DNA of 64,000 nucleotides, from the NCBI GenBank assembly GCA_905178155.1, contig CAJINV010000016.1, positions 1 through 64,000 on the forward strand, in the 5' to 3' direction. Below are positions 38,235-49,661 of this stretch, in pieces (the first letter of the stretch is position 1; the number at the start of each line of letters is the position of its first letter). Below the pieces are notes generated by a model. That model was not told where the DNA came from. It saw nothing but the letters and a program-made list of their open reading frames with translations, and did no database searches. The position numbers and the translations under genes are program-made. Source of the stretch: Amoebophrya sp. A120 (Eukaryota > Protista > Dinoflagellata).

Positions 38235-40934
38235 CGGGTCGTGCCGACCGCAGTTCGCGGTATCTCGACGGTTGTAGTTTAAACTACAGGGTGAGACTGG
38301 AATAGGAAATGGTCGAACAAACGATTTTTGGAACACTTTTTCAATTCTGATCTGATTCAGCGGCAAGGCGCGCACTCGAGATTATGAATTCAAAGCGTCT
38401 TCTACTACACTTCTTTATCCTCTGGGTGGTATTGAGTTGATCTAAAGTTGCTGTACGCACAGACAGTTTTACGTTGCAATTTCAATTTTGCTTGGAGTAG
38501 AAAGTTTACACATTTTCGACGGTGAACTCAGGATCTATCCATTTCTTCAAATTTCCATGTGGAAACGTACAAAATGCATGCACATCACATGAAAGCTAGA
38601 GGGGAGCTCACTCAAATTCATTGGGGCTACGCGCAGTTTTGGTGCGACTTTCTTTCATCGTGGTTTTCATACAATCAATATCAACGAAAAGATTTTCAAC
38701 GAAAAGATTTTCAACGAAAAGACATAGTTGCAGTTCTTTTCTGCACAACATCAAAGTCAATTACTTGTTGACGTCAAAAATATGAAGCCGCAGAAGCTGA
38801 TCCAGAAGGAATGGTAAATTGTTTGCGGATGAACGTCTAGGTCTATCCGGTCCGAGCAGCCGGTGCTCCTCGTTGTGTGTTTTCTTCTAATGTCGTAGTG
38901 CTGTCCTGTTTGGACGAGGTGGAGGAGAACGAGGAGACGCAGTTTCGACGTATTTCTTCTCTGGGTCCATATATTTGAGTGCCGTCTACTCTGAGTGCCC
39001 AGCTGAGAGCGTGGCAAATGTTTTGAATTGGTTCAGGTCTAGCAGTTTCGACGCCGCACCAGGGCGCCGCACCTGCTCCAGCATGCGCGGCCCTCGGACG
39101 TTGTCGCTTCCGGGAGAGTTCCGAATCAATCCGGGGCCTAAAGCGGCAGCAGGGACCGCATCAGAAGGAGTGTGCCCCCGCGATAAGACAAACAACGAGC
39201 CGGAGCCCGAAGCAGAACCCGAGCCCATCGGTAAGCGCCCGGAGGTGGGCTGCTCCCTCGGGGTTCGGCAGCTCCTTGGTTTTAGTTTTCCGTCCAGGCC
39301 GCGCGTTGCCGTTGTATTGGCCTCCTGCCCGGCTGATTTTGGGCGCCTCCCTTAGTTCGTGCGCGCCCGTGGGCCGCCCCGAAGACGCCGACGGAGGGGC
39401 CGCCGCCCAAGCCCGGGGAGGCATGCCGGGAATGCAGGGAGGCCGGCGGGCCTGGTCCGGCAGGCTGGCAGGGGGCTGAGGGCCGGCTTTTGGGCCTACC
39501 GACCTTGCTGGGCTTCGTTCTGGGCTTTTAGGCTGGGGCGGGCCGCCCCGTCTTTTGCTTCCGCGCGCCGCATGGAAGCCGGGAAAGGCGGAGAAGGCCG
39601 CCCAGGCGGCGGCTGCTGCTGCCCCTGCGAAGGCTGGTAAAAAAGCGACCGCGGCCGACCGCGCATGCTCCTCGGCAAACTTTTCGCCGGCGAGTCTCAA
39701 CGCGGCGCCTGGGCGGCCGCATCAGATCCATCGGCCTGCGCTCTCAGCAGTCAGTCACATCATGGTGGAGCGGGCGCGCGACAAAGACCAGAGGGCGCCG
39801 AAAGTGCGGGCGTGCGATTCGAGAGCGACTCTGGCACACGAAGAGCCCCAAGGCTTCGCCGCCCGGAAATGTGGCGCCGCGCGCGGCCGGGGCCGGTCTC
39901 AGTCAGTAGTCTCGCGCCGGCCCGCCCGCCCGACGCCCGGCTGGATCGGTCGGTGGCCCAGCGTGTCACATTCCTTGCCAGCCCCCGGCCGTGGCCCCCG
40001 ATATTGTTTGGCTGGGCGGCTCGTAGATAGGCGAGATCGGCTCCGGATCTTGTCCTTCGTCGCACGCGCGCCGCGCGCAAAGCCGGCGCGCAGCCCGGGC
40101 TCGTTTTGATGTGTTGCCGCGCGCGTTCGGGTTTGCACGCCGCGCCGAGGATTTGGGTCTGGGCCGTTCGGTGTCTCTCTGCAAGTGTTGCCTGGCAGAA
40201 GATGTGAAAGCGCATACTAGCCACTACCATATTTGCGGCAATCGACACAAATAATATATAAATCTGAAAGTGTGTTGAGGTTGTAAAGCCCGAAAGCAGG
40301 AGTTGAGTCGACTCGAAATCAAAGCAGTTCCTAACTTCATACAAGGAGAACGAGACTTCAGACCGTGCTAGTAGTATTCGACAAGACTGTCCGGCTACGT
40401 GATGATCTTCCTCCATCTTCAACCTTCTAGTAGTATTTTGAGCTGCAGCTCCACCTCTACTTGTTCATATAGGATTACCAAACAAGAGATATGATAGCGA
40501 TACTAGAAGGTCAAGATGAAACTAAGGATCAACAGATTGAATTCTTTGTGCTCTGGCTCCTGCATAGTGCTCCTCTTGGTCCAGAAAAAAACTAACCCCT
40601 CCAAGAACTACCCATGGCTCGCCCTCAGATTGCCACTGAATTCGAATCTTCCGCCGGATCGTTGCCCTTAATAGTAGTTGTAGTTCGAGCTTGTTACAAA
40701 TGGAAATGTGAAAATGACTTTTTATTCCGTGCGCTCATTGTCTTTGTCACCCTCACCTCCAGTAATTAGAATATCATGATGTACTAGAGTACATATTAGT
40801 TACCACCTTTATTGCCCAACTCTAATTTTTCCCAGCACGGAATTTCTAGAAGTTGTCACCTTGTCAGCTACAACAAACCTCGTCCCCTGAACCACATCAA
40901 GTATATTATCGATCCTTTTCTGAAAAGCACAAAA

Positions 40935-43900
40935 ATGTCCGGCCTCACGGACGACGTGGAGATGGGAACGGCAGAGGAGCAAGCGGAGGAGGTTGTCATG
41001 CAAGACAGCAACTACAACAGTCCAGACTCCGACATGACCCACCTTTTAGACGACCCGGAAGATCAACATGAACAACAAGAAGTCGACGACATCGCAGCAG
41101 ACGCGTTAATGAGGGACGACGACGCGGGCCGCCCTGAGCAGGCATCGTCCTCCTCGTCATCGGGGAAGAGAGTTGATGGAAAGGGACCGACACCAATGTC
41201 AACATTATCAACAGGTGCAGCCGACGAGGACGAGTCCAAAGACCTCGACATGCAGTTGCTTCTGGAGGGAATGAGGAAGAAGGGTCAACAGCAGGGCAAG
41301 CAAGACCTGTTCGATCTGAAAGGCACAACTGGTAAAGGAACAAGTAAGAGTAAAGCAGACGCGATACTAGCAAAGGGAAAGAAGATGATGCTGCTCGACA
41401 AAATGAAAGGCGGCAAGGGAAACAAACGACCGGCACAACCACCATCGCCAGATGAGCTTCTTGATACACACGACAGTAATATTCGTGGTCCTGTAATAGA
41501 TGCGCTAAAGTCTTCGCCGGATCTGCAACCACCGGTGGACGGGAATGTGAAGGAAGGGCAACACGACATGCCACCACCAAAGAACAAAACGCAAAGTAAG
41601 AGCGAAGATTATAGCCAAAGCAAGAAGGCAAAAGTCAGTCCCTCAAACAACAACATATCCGCGTCGTCCAAAAATAAGAAGGGCCCTACAAGTACAACCC
41701 CGGCGGTTTTAGATTTGTTTCAGGACCTGCAAGACCTGAAGGGGAACAACAAGAATTCCAAGGACAATCCTCAGGACAGCGGGGACGATATGAAATGCAA
41801 AAGCATCGTACTAGTATAAATTGCAATACAAATTGGCTCAGCATTACAAATTGAATTTGTAATGCGGATTTGCCTTCACAAAAAAATCTGTGATGCATAA
41901 AAGCAATTAGTACGAGTACGATACTTTTGCACAGGATAGACGAAATTCCTCCGGAGCTGTTGCCGAAATTGGAGAAGTATGAACTGCAAAAGCATCGTAC
42001 TCGTATAGATGCATTACAAACTTCCTCAGCATGAGAAATAAAATCTGTAATGCTGATTTGCCTTGGAAGCAAGATTTGTGATGCAAGACTTGCATTTATA
42101 CGAGTGCGATACTTTTGCACAGGATAGGAAGAGGTACGGGGTTCCGGGCAAGAAGATTGTCTCCATGGTGGAGGGGGACGACAAAAACGAGAAATTGGTC
42201 ATGTTCAACGACTTTAGCCTGGGCGACGTAATATCAAATGCAAAAATGTCTGGGTCTGGAAGAATGCAAGTTTGTCATGCTTGTCTCACATGACTCGCGA
42301 AACTGTCATGCACATTACCCAAGCGCCCCGTTTTTCTGTCATGCAGAAACGCAGTTTGTCTTGCAGAATAGGGAACACCTAGAAGCTCAGAAACTTGTCA
42401 TGCTGAGCCAGCACTTGCGGCCTCCTCATGATACGCCACCCAGCATCACAAGTTTCCAGACACAGACACTTTTACACTTGATACGTAATCGACTTCGACG
42501 ATTTGGACGGCACGAAGCCAAAGAAATTGACGCTGTCGGAACTCCTGCTTGCGGAGGTGAAGCAACGATACGTGCAGAACGCCCTGCGGGTCATCAACGA
42601 CGAGGAGTTTGACGCGATCGTATGAAAGTGCACAACTCCACCTGCTGCTCCCCCTCACTTGTATTGCATGAACAGCATTACAAGCGCCAGCCAGAATACC
42701 GGTTTCGCATGACAAATTGGGACAGGAGAATAGCGCTATTTTTTGGGCTGCCAGAACTTGTCATGCAAACAGTGCCAAGAGCCAAGGCGTAAGCTAGGCA
42801 ATTTGCATGACAAACAAGGTCCACGCGTGGGGACAGGGTCCCCACGCTGGGGCCTTGTGCTCGTCCCTAGTGGCGCTAGTGGGGGAAGGGTGTTCGGCAT
42901 CGGGGCGGACAGCGTCCGCCCCTCGCCTCACACCAGGCGCGCGCGTAGTGGCTTAGTGCGCGAAACGCTAGTGGGGGAAGGGTGTTCGGCATCGGGGCGG
43001 ACAGCGTCCGCCCCTCGCCTCACACCAGGCGCGCGCGTATTGGCTCAGTGCACGAAGCGCTAGTCGTGGAAAAAGGGCGAATTAGGCGCCCTGCATTTTG
43101 CAAGAAAAAACAAAAATAGAAGCAGAGTAGATATCTCTGTGTGGCTGCTGCAAAAAAGTTCTCTAACATTGAAGCGCAACGCCTTCCGATTCCACAGAGC
43201 AAAGTAAGCAGCTGTCTCCTGGCCGTGCATTGCAGAGATAGCCGCTTTTTTATTTTTGCATGGCAACGCAAAGACTTCTTTGTTTATGGAGGCAGGTTGT
43301 GTTGCAGCTTTAATCTTTTTCATTTTGTGCGTCGCATTTTTTTTTGGCGCTTTTAATTTATTTTTCATTTTCCCGTCGGCATTTGGCGTGGAAAATAAAT
43401 AAATATTTGCGTCCAGGCGCTGGTCTCGCCTTTGCTTTATCCTCTCGCCCCGCCTGTCGCGGCCACCTGTCCGGGTCACCTGTCAAGGTCACCTGTCAAG
43501 GTCACCTGTCAAGGTCACCTGTCAGGGTCGCCTGTCAAGGTCACCTGTCAAGGTCACCTGTCAAGGTCACCTGTCAAGGTCACCTGTCAAGGTCACCTGT
43601 CAGGGTCGCCTGTCAAGGTCACCTGTCAAGGTCACCTGTCGAGGTCACCTGTCGAGGTCACCTGTCGAGGTCACCTGTCATGGTCACCTGTCACGGTCAC
43701 CTGTCAAGGTCACCTGTCGCCGGGGGGTAGGCGGGACCAGATCCCGGAAGTCAAGCAATGTAAATATTAATGAGGGAGCAGGGCGAGTTGTGCACTTTCA
43801 TAGATCGATGCTGACAACCAGAACCTGCGCATTCTCTTCGTGGGCAGCGGCAACATGGGGTGGGAAGCGGACCTGTCGCTCAAAGTCGCGCACTTTCACT

Positions 43901-46900
43901 ACGAATTCGCGGACCAATTGAAGAAGTTGACCCAGGTGCCGGATTTGCTTAGCGAGACAGCGAAGGAAAAATTGCTGAGCAACTTCGACAAAAACGGCAA
44001 GGCGAAAAACGAACTGAACAACATCAGCCTGGTATGCAAAAGAAAAACTGTGTAAGTGTAAATTTGTGTTGCAGAACATGCAACAGAGTTGCGCCTGTCA
44101 TGTCAGACAGCCATGAACAAGTCCTCTTTTCATGTGTGTTTTCCCTTACAAGCCACGCGTAACAGGTTTTCTCTGTCATGTAGAGCAAATTTGTGATGCT
44201 GTTTCTCAAAGAAACAAGGCACACTTACACACTTTTTCTCCTGGATACCTGCACTGCATCGACGTGACCGTGCTGGAGCCGAGTTTCCGCGGCAACGGGT
44301 CCGAGGACTTATGGGAGTGTCAGGATCGAAATTGACAAAATCGAAAAATTTGTAATGCATAAAATGTAGGGTACATATGGCCTGTATTGGGGAGCAGGCA
44401 AATGAGACCGATTGCAAGCCTGTTTAGGGAAGGCGATGCGCTGCCGGAGTAGCATGACAGGAGCAGTCTTCTTTTCCGAAACAGCATGACAGGCTGGATT
44501 TTGTTGCTCCCGAAATTTGTCATGCACCACTTGGAAACTAGGCTCCAACTGGTATCCATTTTATGCATCACAAATTATTTCGATTTTGTTGATTTCGATC
44601 CTGACACATCCATAGGACTTTGAGGTGAAGTACCAGGGCGAGGACGGGGTGCTCTGGAAGTCGATTATCGAGGCGTGCGGGCAGTTATCCTGTGCAAAAG
44701 TATCGTATTCGTATTGCAATCATGCATTACAAATCTTTTATAAGTAATCAAATCCGCATTACAAATTTTATTTCTCATGCTGAGGGAATAATTTGTAATG
44801 CATTTAAATACGAGTGCGATACTTTTGCAATGCATAGCAGTGCGTCCGGTTCACGGTGGACGCGGAATTTCTGACCGGGTCCCTCCACTTGGCCCGGGAG
44901 CGCGGCTCCGGGGGGACGGCAAAGAGGAGAACGCTGTTTGAGCAATTCGCCACGCGTTTTCGCATATCAAGTGTAAAAATGTCTGGGTCTGGAAGAATGC
45001 GCGACTTGTCATGCAGCTTTTCCATGACCCATGAGGTCTGGAATGCAGGGCCTAGCGTGACAGATTCTGTGCGATCTTTCTGATGCCTATCCTGCATGAG
45101 AAACTGCCTCCCGACTTGGTCAAAACTGGACGACTTTTGGTAAGCATGCAACACAGATTTTTGGATGCTTCAGATTTAGCATGACAAGTTGCATTCTTCC
45201 AGACCCAGAGGACACTTTTACACTTGATACCGCAGGGAGGACTATGATTTGGATGCGGATGAGAGCAGCCCGATGGAGACCGACGGGCAAGAGGGGAACG
45301 AAGACGAGGACAGTGGTATCAAAAGGAAAAATCCCCCCTCCCCATATCAATAACGTATCCGTCTGAAAATTTGTGATGCAGATTTGTGGCCACAAATCCT
45401 GCCTGTCTTGCAGGAAGGCAAATTGAGAGAGGGCGCCGCGCCATGCAGGCGGTTTCTCATGCTGTAAGGCCTACAGGGCAGACGTCTGCCATGCTAAACG
45501 CCTACACGACCAGAAGGCCCCCGTCTAGGTTTGCGATCTGCGTGCAGTCCTCTACTGCAAGACAGATCTGATTTGTGTATACAAATCCCGCATCGCAGAT
45601 TTCCGTTTTGATATGGGGAGGGGGAATTTATTTTCCGTTCGATAAGCGTGGACGCAGACGAAAGAGAGGAGAAGCGGCGGGAAGAAATCGAAAAAGAAAA
45701 GCGGAAAGTGTTTCATTCCATGATGAACCTCCCGGAAGAGGCACAGAACATCTATGACTACGTGATTTGGAATAATCCTTTCCCGACCATCACGAGGGAC
45801 GACGTGAAGAAGGCCAAAGATATGAACAATTCCGCGACGAAGTGGCTGTTCGCTTTGTATCCTGAGTAAAAACGTCCTCACCCCATAGTCAAGATGGTAA
45901 ATCTGCAAGGCAAATCTACAAGCTTAGGCCGTTGCGCATGACAAGTTCGGCCTCGTACTGTGCTCCTGTTTAGGTAGTTCGTCAGCATCACAGATCTAGC
46001 ATAGCATGATGATTCTAGCATAACAAATTCCAAAACACGAAGAGAAATTGTTTCTCATAGGACTCCGCATGAGAAACATTTTGAGCATGCGTCTTTGCAT
46101 GACAACTCTGGAGTGGGGACGTTTTTACAAATGATAAGCTGCTGCCCAAGTTCATCGCGTCGACCAAGAACGTGCTGAAGGCCACCGGAAAATGCTGCAT
46201 CACGGTGACCCCGTCGCAAGCTTTGGGCAAGATGCCGGAGAAGGACGCCAACGGGCGAATCGTGAAATGGACCTCAACCTGGAGCCTGAAGCAAGCCGCT
46301 GCGGAGAATTCCTTTCCGAACAGTGAAGAGCTAGGCTTCGACACCCGGCATGGCATGCATTTCTACAAAGCGTCGTATGGGGATTTTCGCTCTCTCAGCC
46401 AAATTGTGTCGGAAAAGGTACTATGTATGATATTTGAATCCCGGTCCCATTCTAAAAATATAGATAATTTATGTAAGTCGCTAGTCTGCTAAACAACAGA
46501 AGTTGAGCTACCTAATCAGATGAGCGATGAACAAGTAGAGGATGTATCATCTTCATGGTTCTTGCTTTTCTTTCGCTTTCCCACAACGTCACAACATCGG
46601 AAAGACAATAAATCCCCGACCCAAAAAATTGCACAGGACAAACAAGTAAAGGCCGGCGCCTCGTACATTGAGACCGCCGAAGGGCACTCCCGCGTGATCA
46701 GCTACATGTTCTTCAACGCGATGAAGAACAAGAAAGCTCAGAAGGACGCGACGCTGCGAAAGAATATGCCAAAGTGGCGAGGTTTCGATGAGGCGACCCA
46801 GCTGCAACTGCCGGAAAACTACAGGAATAGCATTTCGAAAATAAAACTACCCTCATCCACGACCGCCACCGACAGTGCTTCATCTCCTACAGCTGCTGCT

Positions 46901-47200
46901 GCTACTATCGCAGAGGAGAACGACCTCAGTTACGCAGAGGCCTTCCGGTCCATCCTGCTCATCTTCGCCAAGCGCGTGGTGCCGCGCCAACACAAGGAGG
47001 ACGGGGGACCCCCGTTGTTTTCCGCTGCGAACGGGTTTATCACCGATGTGTTCCCGAAACTGCTGCAGAGGCACCTGCAGCCCGGGGCCCGCAGAACTTT
47101 CGTGGACACTTGGAAGAGAAAGTACAAATGCGACGAAAACGGGGACGCGGCTGGGACGAACATTGCGAAGATGACAGGCGGGTCGAAGATAAACATATGA
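40935..47200 (+). CDS. BMT5/DUF2431-like rRNA uridine-N3 methyltransferase-domain protein; 10 introners in the CDS and 1 GT-AG intron
   Basis: After splicing: LRILFVGSGNMGW, VRFTVDAEFL, YDYVIWNNPFP, LLPKFIASTKNVLKATGKCCITV, TWSLKQAA. Order and spacing match the recalled DUF2431 motifs. Confidence 0.65.
41789..41938. mobile_element. Introner, family B
   Basis: Direct repeat gacga/gacga. Confidence 0.92.
41978..42126. mobile_element. Introner, family B
   Basis: Direct repeat agaag/ggaag. Confidence 0.9.
42232..42483. mobile_element. Introner, family A
   Basis: Direct repeat cgtaa/cgtaa. Confidence 0.92.
42815..43770 (-). mobile_element. Nested non-autonomous Helitron/Helentron-like element
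   Basis: Interrupts the family D consensus gcatgacaaa|tgaggg; terminal GC hairpin ending CTTG-TT on the minus strand; internal duplication and minisatellite; no clear TSD. Confidence 0.5.
43461..43718. repeat. 13-bp minisatellite (ggtcacctgtcaa), about 20 copies
   Basis: Head-to-tail copies with no spacers. Confidence 0.95.
44033..44247. mobile_element. Introner, family H
   Basis: Direct repeat cctgg/cctgc. Confidence 0.88.
44310..44614. mobile_element. Introner, family F
   Basis: Direct repeat ggact/ggact. Confidence 0.92.
44686..44836. mobile_element. Introner, family B
   Basis: Direct repeat gcagt/gcagt. Confidence 0.92.
44965..45229. mobile_element. Introner, family A
   Basis: Direct repeat tcgca/ccgca. 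Confidence 0.9.
45317..45644. mobile_element. Introner, family E
   Basis: Degenerate direct repeat agtgg/agcgt. Confidence 0.87.
45858..46136. mobile_element. Introner, family C
   Basis: TIR clear; direct repeat eroded (ctttg/agctg), but the same 5-nt register restores the frame. Confidence 0.85.
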
Positions 47201-47205
47201 TAGAT

Positions 47206-47414
47206 TATCCAAGAACAAAACGTTATTAGTGTAAATTTGTGATGCGCAACATGCAAAGTGATTGCGTCTGTCATGCTTGGCATGCATCGTAGGGTCCATT
47301 ACAGGGCGTTTTCACGTACTAGCTGCGCATTACAGGTTTCTGCTGTCATGCAAAACAAATCTGTGATGCTGTTCCTCCAAAAAAGTTACACTTACACAGT
47401 TTTTTTCTTGGATG
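47206..47414. mobile_element. Introner, family H, in presumed 3' UTR
   Basis: Direct repeat tagat/tagat directly after the TGA stop. Confidence 0.85.
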
Positions 47415-47793
47415 TAGATAGACTTGCGCTCAATACATAGTGCGGGGGCTCCATGCGCGTCCACAAGTGCTGCAACTTGATCACTCAGTGATCTACGTAA
47501 AAAGCTATGCTGTAAGATTTTTGATGTCAAACTATCACGACCTGCGCGACATCTTCTTGTTTGACGGTCTACTGCAGAAGTTGTATCGCTGTGATGAAGG
47601 GCAAGGGGACCAAATACACGCCTAGCTGACCACCACAAACTCGCCTGGTGACTACGTGCGATCCAGTTTTATATCGTCTCAAAATTCATAAGAAACATAA
47701 ACAGTAACACGTATTGAAAGAATGCTACTAACTAAGATTAAAGCAGTTTTGGTGCTGGTTGTGCGGCATCAACGCGTGATACGATGAAATATG

Positions 47794-49661
47794 GAAGCAG
47801 TCGTGAGTTGTTCGAGGACGTCCTGGTCTCCATTTGAAGTTATGGTTTGTGTGACAAGGAGGCGACACGGGCCTAGCGAAGCGGCCCGGGTAGCCAAGGC
47901 AGGAACACAAAGCGGATTTTTATAAAGAGATGCCTCTCTTCCATCCGGTCGAATGTTGTTTTGGTCCCGGGAAGACCTTAAACTCGACCCAAAGCAAATC
48001 GGTTCAAGTTTCAAGTAAAAATTTTTTTTTTGGCCTGATGCCACTAGTCCGAAGAAATCAAGTCGATTGCCGTCATCTTAAATAAAGTTTTTCTCTGCAG
48101 AAACGCCCTGCGGCTCAGTACAGTCACAGTTTCCACTCTCCCCGCCTGCGCGGTCAAAGTGTGCCAAAAAGTTCATCAGTCAAAATGCAAACAGGCCCCG
48201 CGGCACAAAACCGCCTCACATACCCCCACTACATACCTCGAAGTAAAATGATATAAAAAGAAAAACGCGATCACTCGCCTGGCGAGGTCGCTGCCTGCCC
48301 CGTGGCGGTCATAAAAAACTTATCAAAATCGTTGCCCAAAATGAGTTCCCCGATTCCCAGTGGAGGCTCCTCTCACATCAGAGTTTGTCAGTTGTGAGTT
48401 GTTCGAAGACGTCCTGGTCTCCATTTGAAAGCGCTTTCTTTCCTGTCCTTGCGTAACCTCTGGTGAAAAAGCCGCAATGTAGACGGCCGAAGAGATGGGA
48501 AGCATCGTTTGGTCGGGTTCGGGTTGCGAATGCTGGGCGTGTTTAGGCATGCTTGCCAGGCTTTTCGGGGTAGTTGCGCTGTGCTGCCGGTATCAGGCTG
48601 GTCTACCTGATTATAGTTAGCTTCCTGCTGGGGCACGGGATTGCTTTTATGTCCCAGGCCGAGGGGGCGGTGCCAGAGCCATTGTTGTGCTCGTGATGGA
48701 AGTAGGCGATTATCTGGTTGCATTTGGCAGACTTTGGTGCGCGTTTTCACTGTGCTCAGGGGGAGCGTCTTTCCTGGCCACTTGTGGGGTGAGGGTTGCT
48801 GGCCCCACTTGCTCATCTATCGTACGGGATGGGGCCGGCAGGACCGGAGTTGTGTTGCCACCCATAACAGTTCACATATGGCGTGTGCTTAGGTTAGTAC
48901 AGTTGCAAGGGCATCGGCTTTCGGGGCTGCTGGTTATGGGGTGTTACTCTCTGAGGCTTCTGGCCCCGCTGGTGGTTCACTGTGCGCTGCGTGTCGGGGT
49001 AGCGGGGTTCAGATTCAAGGCAGGTCCGGGGCGCGTGTATAGCGCTACTAGCCCGAATGTAACAAACTGTGCCCACGCTCGGGCCGGGTCAGGATGGTGC
49101 TGGGCGGTTTGTGAGTCCTTTATGGTTGCGCGGGTCGTTTCTTTCGTGAGTGAAGTAGCTGGGGTTGCCTGATGGGGTCTCGTTTTCGTTTCCCATACTC
49201 GCTGGGGGTGCTCCAGGCCTCGGACTGTTTGGCCTTGCGACAAACTTTCGGTGGTGGATAGCGCTTGGGAAGCTTGAATGTGTGCTGCACTACTACGCGG
49301 TAAGATATGAGAAAAGGCCCGGGAAAGTTTCCAGTGTTGTCTACATATTGTTCGGCACGCCGCTGCTGGTCGTGTGGAGCTGGTCGAGGGCTCTTGGGTC
49401 CCTCAGCCCTGTTGCCCGAATTCATCATGTCAGCATGCTTCCCTGGGTTCTTCGGGCCGCCGGCGCTGCGGCGTGTGGAGGGGGCGTAGAGGCACCCTGT
49501 CTGGCTGTCTCTACGGTGAGGGACCTTTCGGCCCTCGCTCTCTTCCCCATCACGCCAAAGGGCGTGACGGGTGTGTGGCTATGGATAGCACGGTAGGAAC
49601 GTCTCGAAAATTGAAGCAGTCGTGAGTTGTTCGAGGACGTCCTGGTCTCCATTTGAAAGCG
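47794..49661. repeat. Three dispersed direct copies of a roughly 45-bp sequence (47794-47838, 48389-48433, 49613-49661)
   Basis: cagtcgtgagttgttcgaggacgtcctggtctccatttgaa seen three times with 0-2 mismatches. Confidence 0.9.

Larger units (their letters stand above)
42621..43802. mobile_element. Introner, family D, carrying a nested insertion of about 0.95 kb
   Basis: Direct repeat gatcg/gatcg; TIR tatgaaagtgcacaactc/gagttgtgcactttcata. Confidence 0.9.

Noticed and set aside
43461-43718. CRISPR-like array
   Set aside because: Contiguous 13-bp units with no unique spacers and no cas genes; it is a minisatellite.
2480-45229. Recurrent short ORFs (KCKNVWVWK, FQTQTF, MSGSGR, CKSIVLV, YEYDTFA) as a peptide family
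   Set aside because: They are translations of the introner TIRs in different frames, not genes.
1813-47200. Interpreting the interrupted genes as transposon-killed pseudogenes
   Set aside because: Reconstructed exons show no stops or frameshifts and keep their catalytic motifs, which is implausible for dead genes carrying many diverged insertions.
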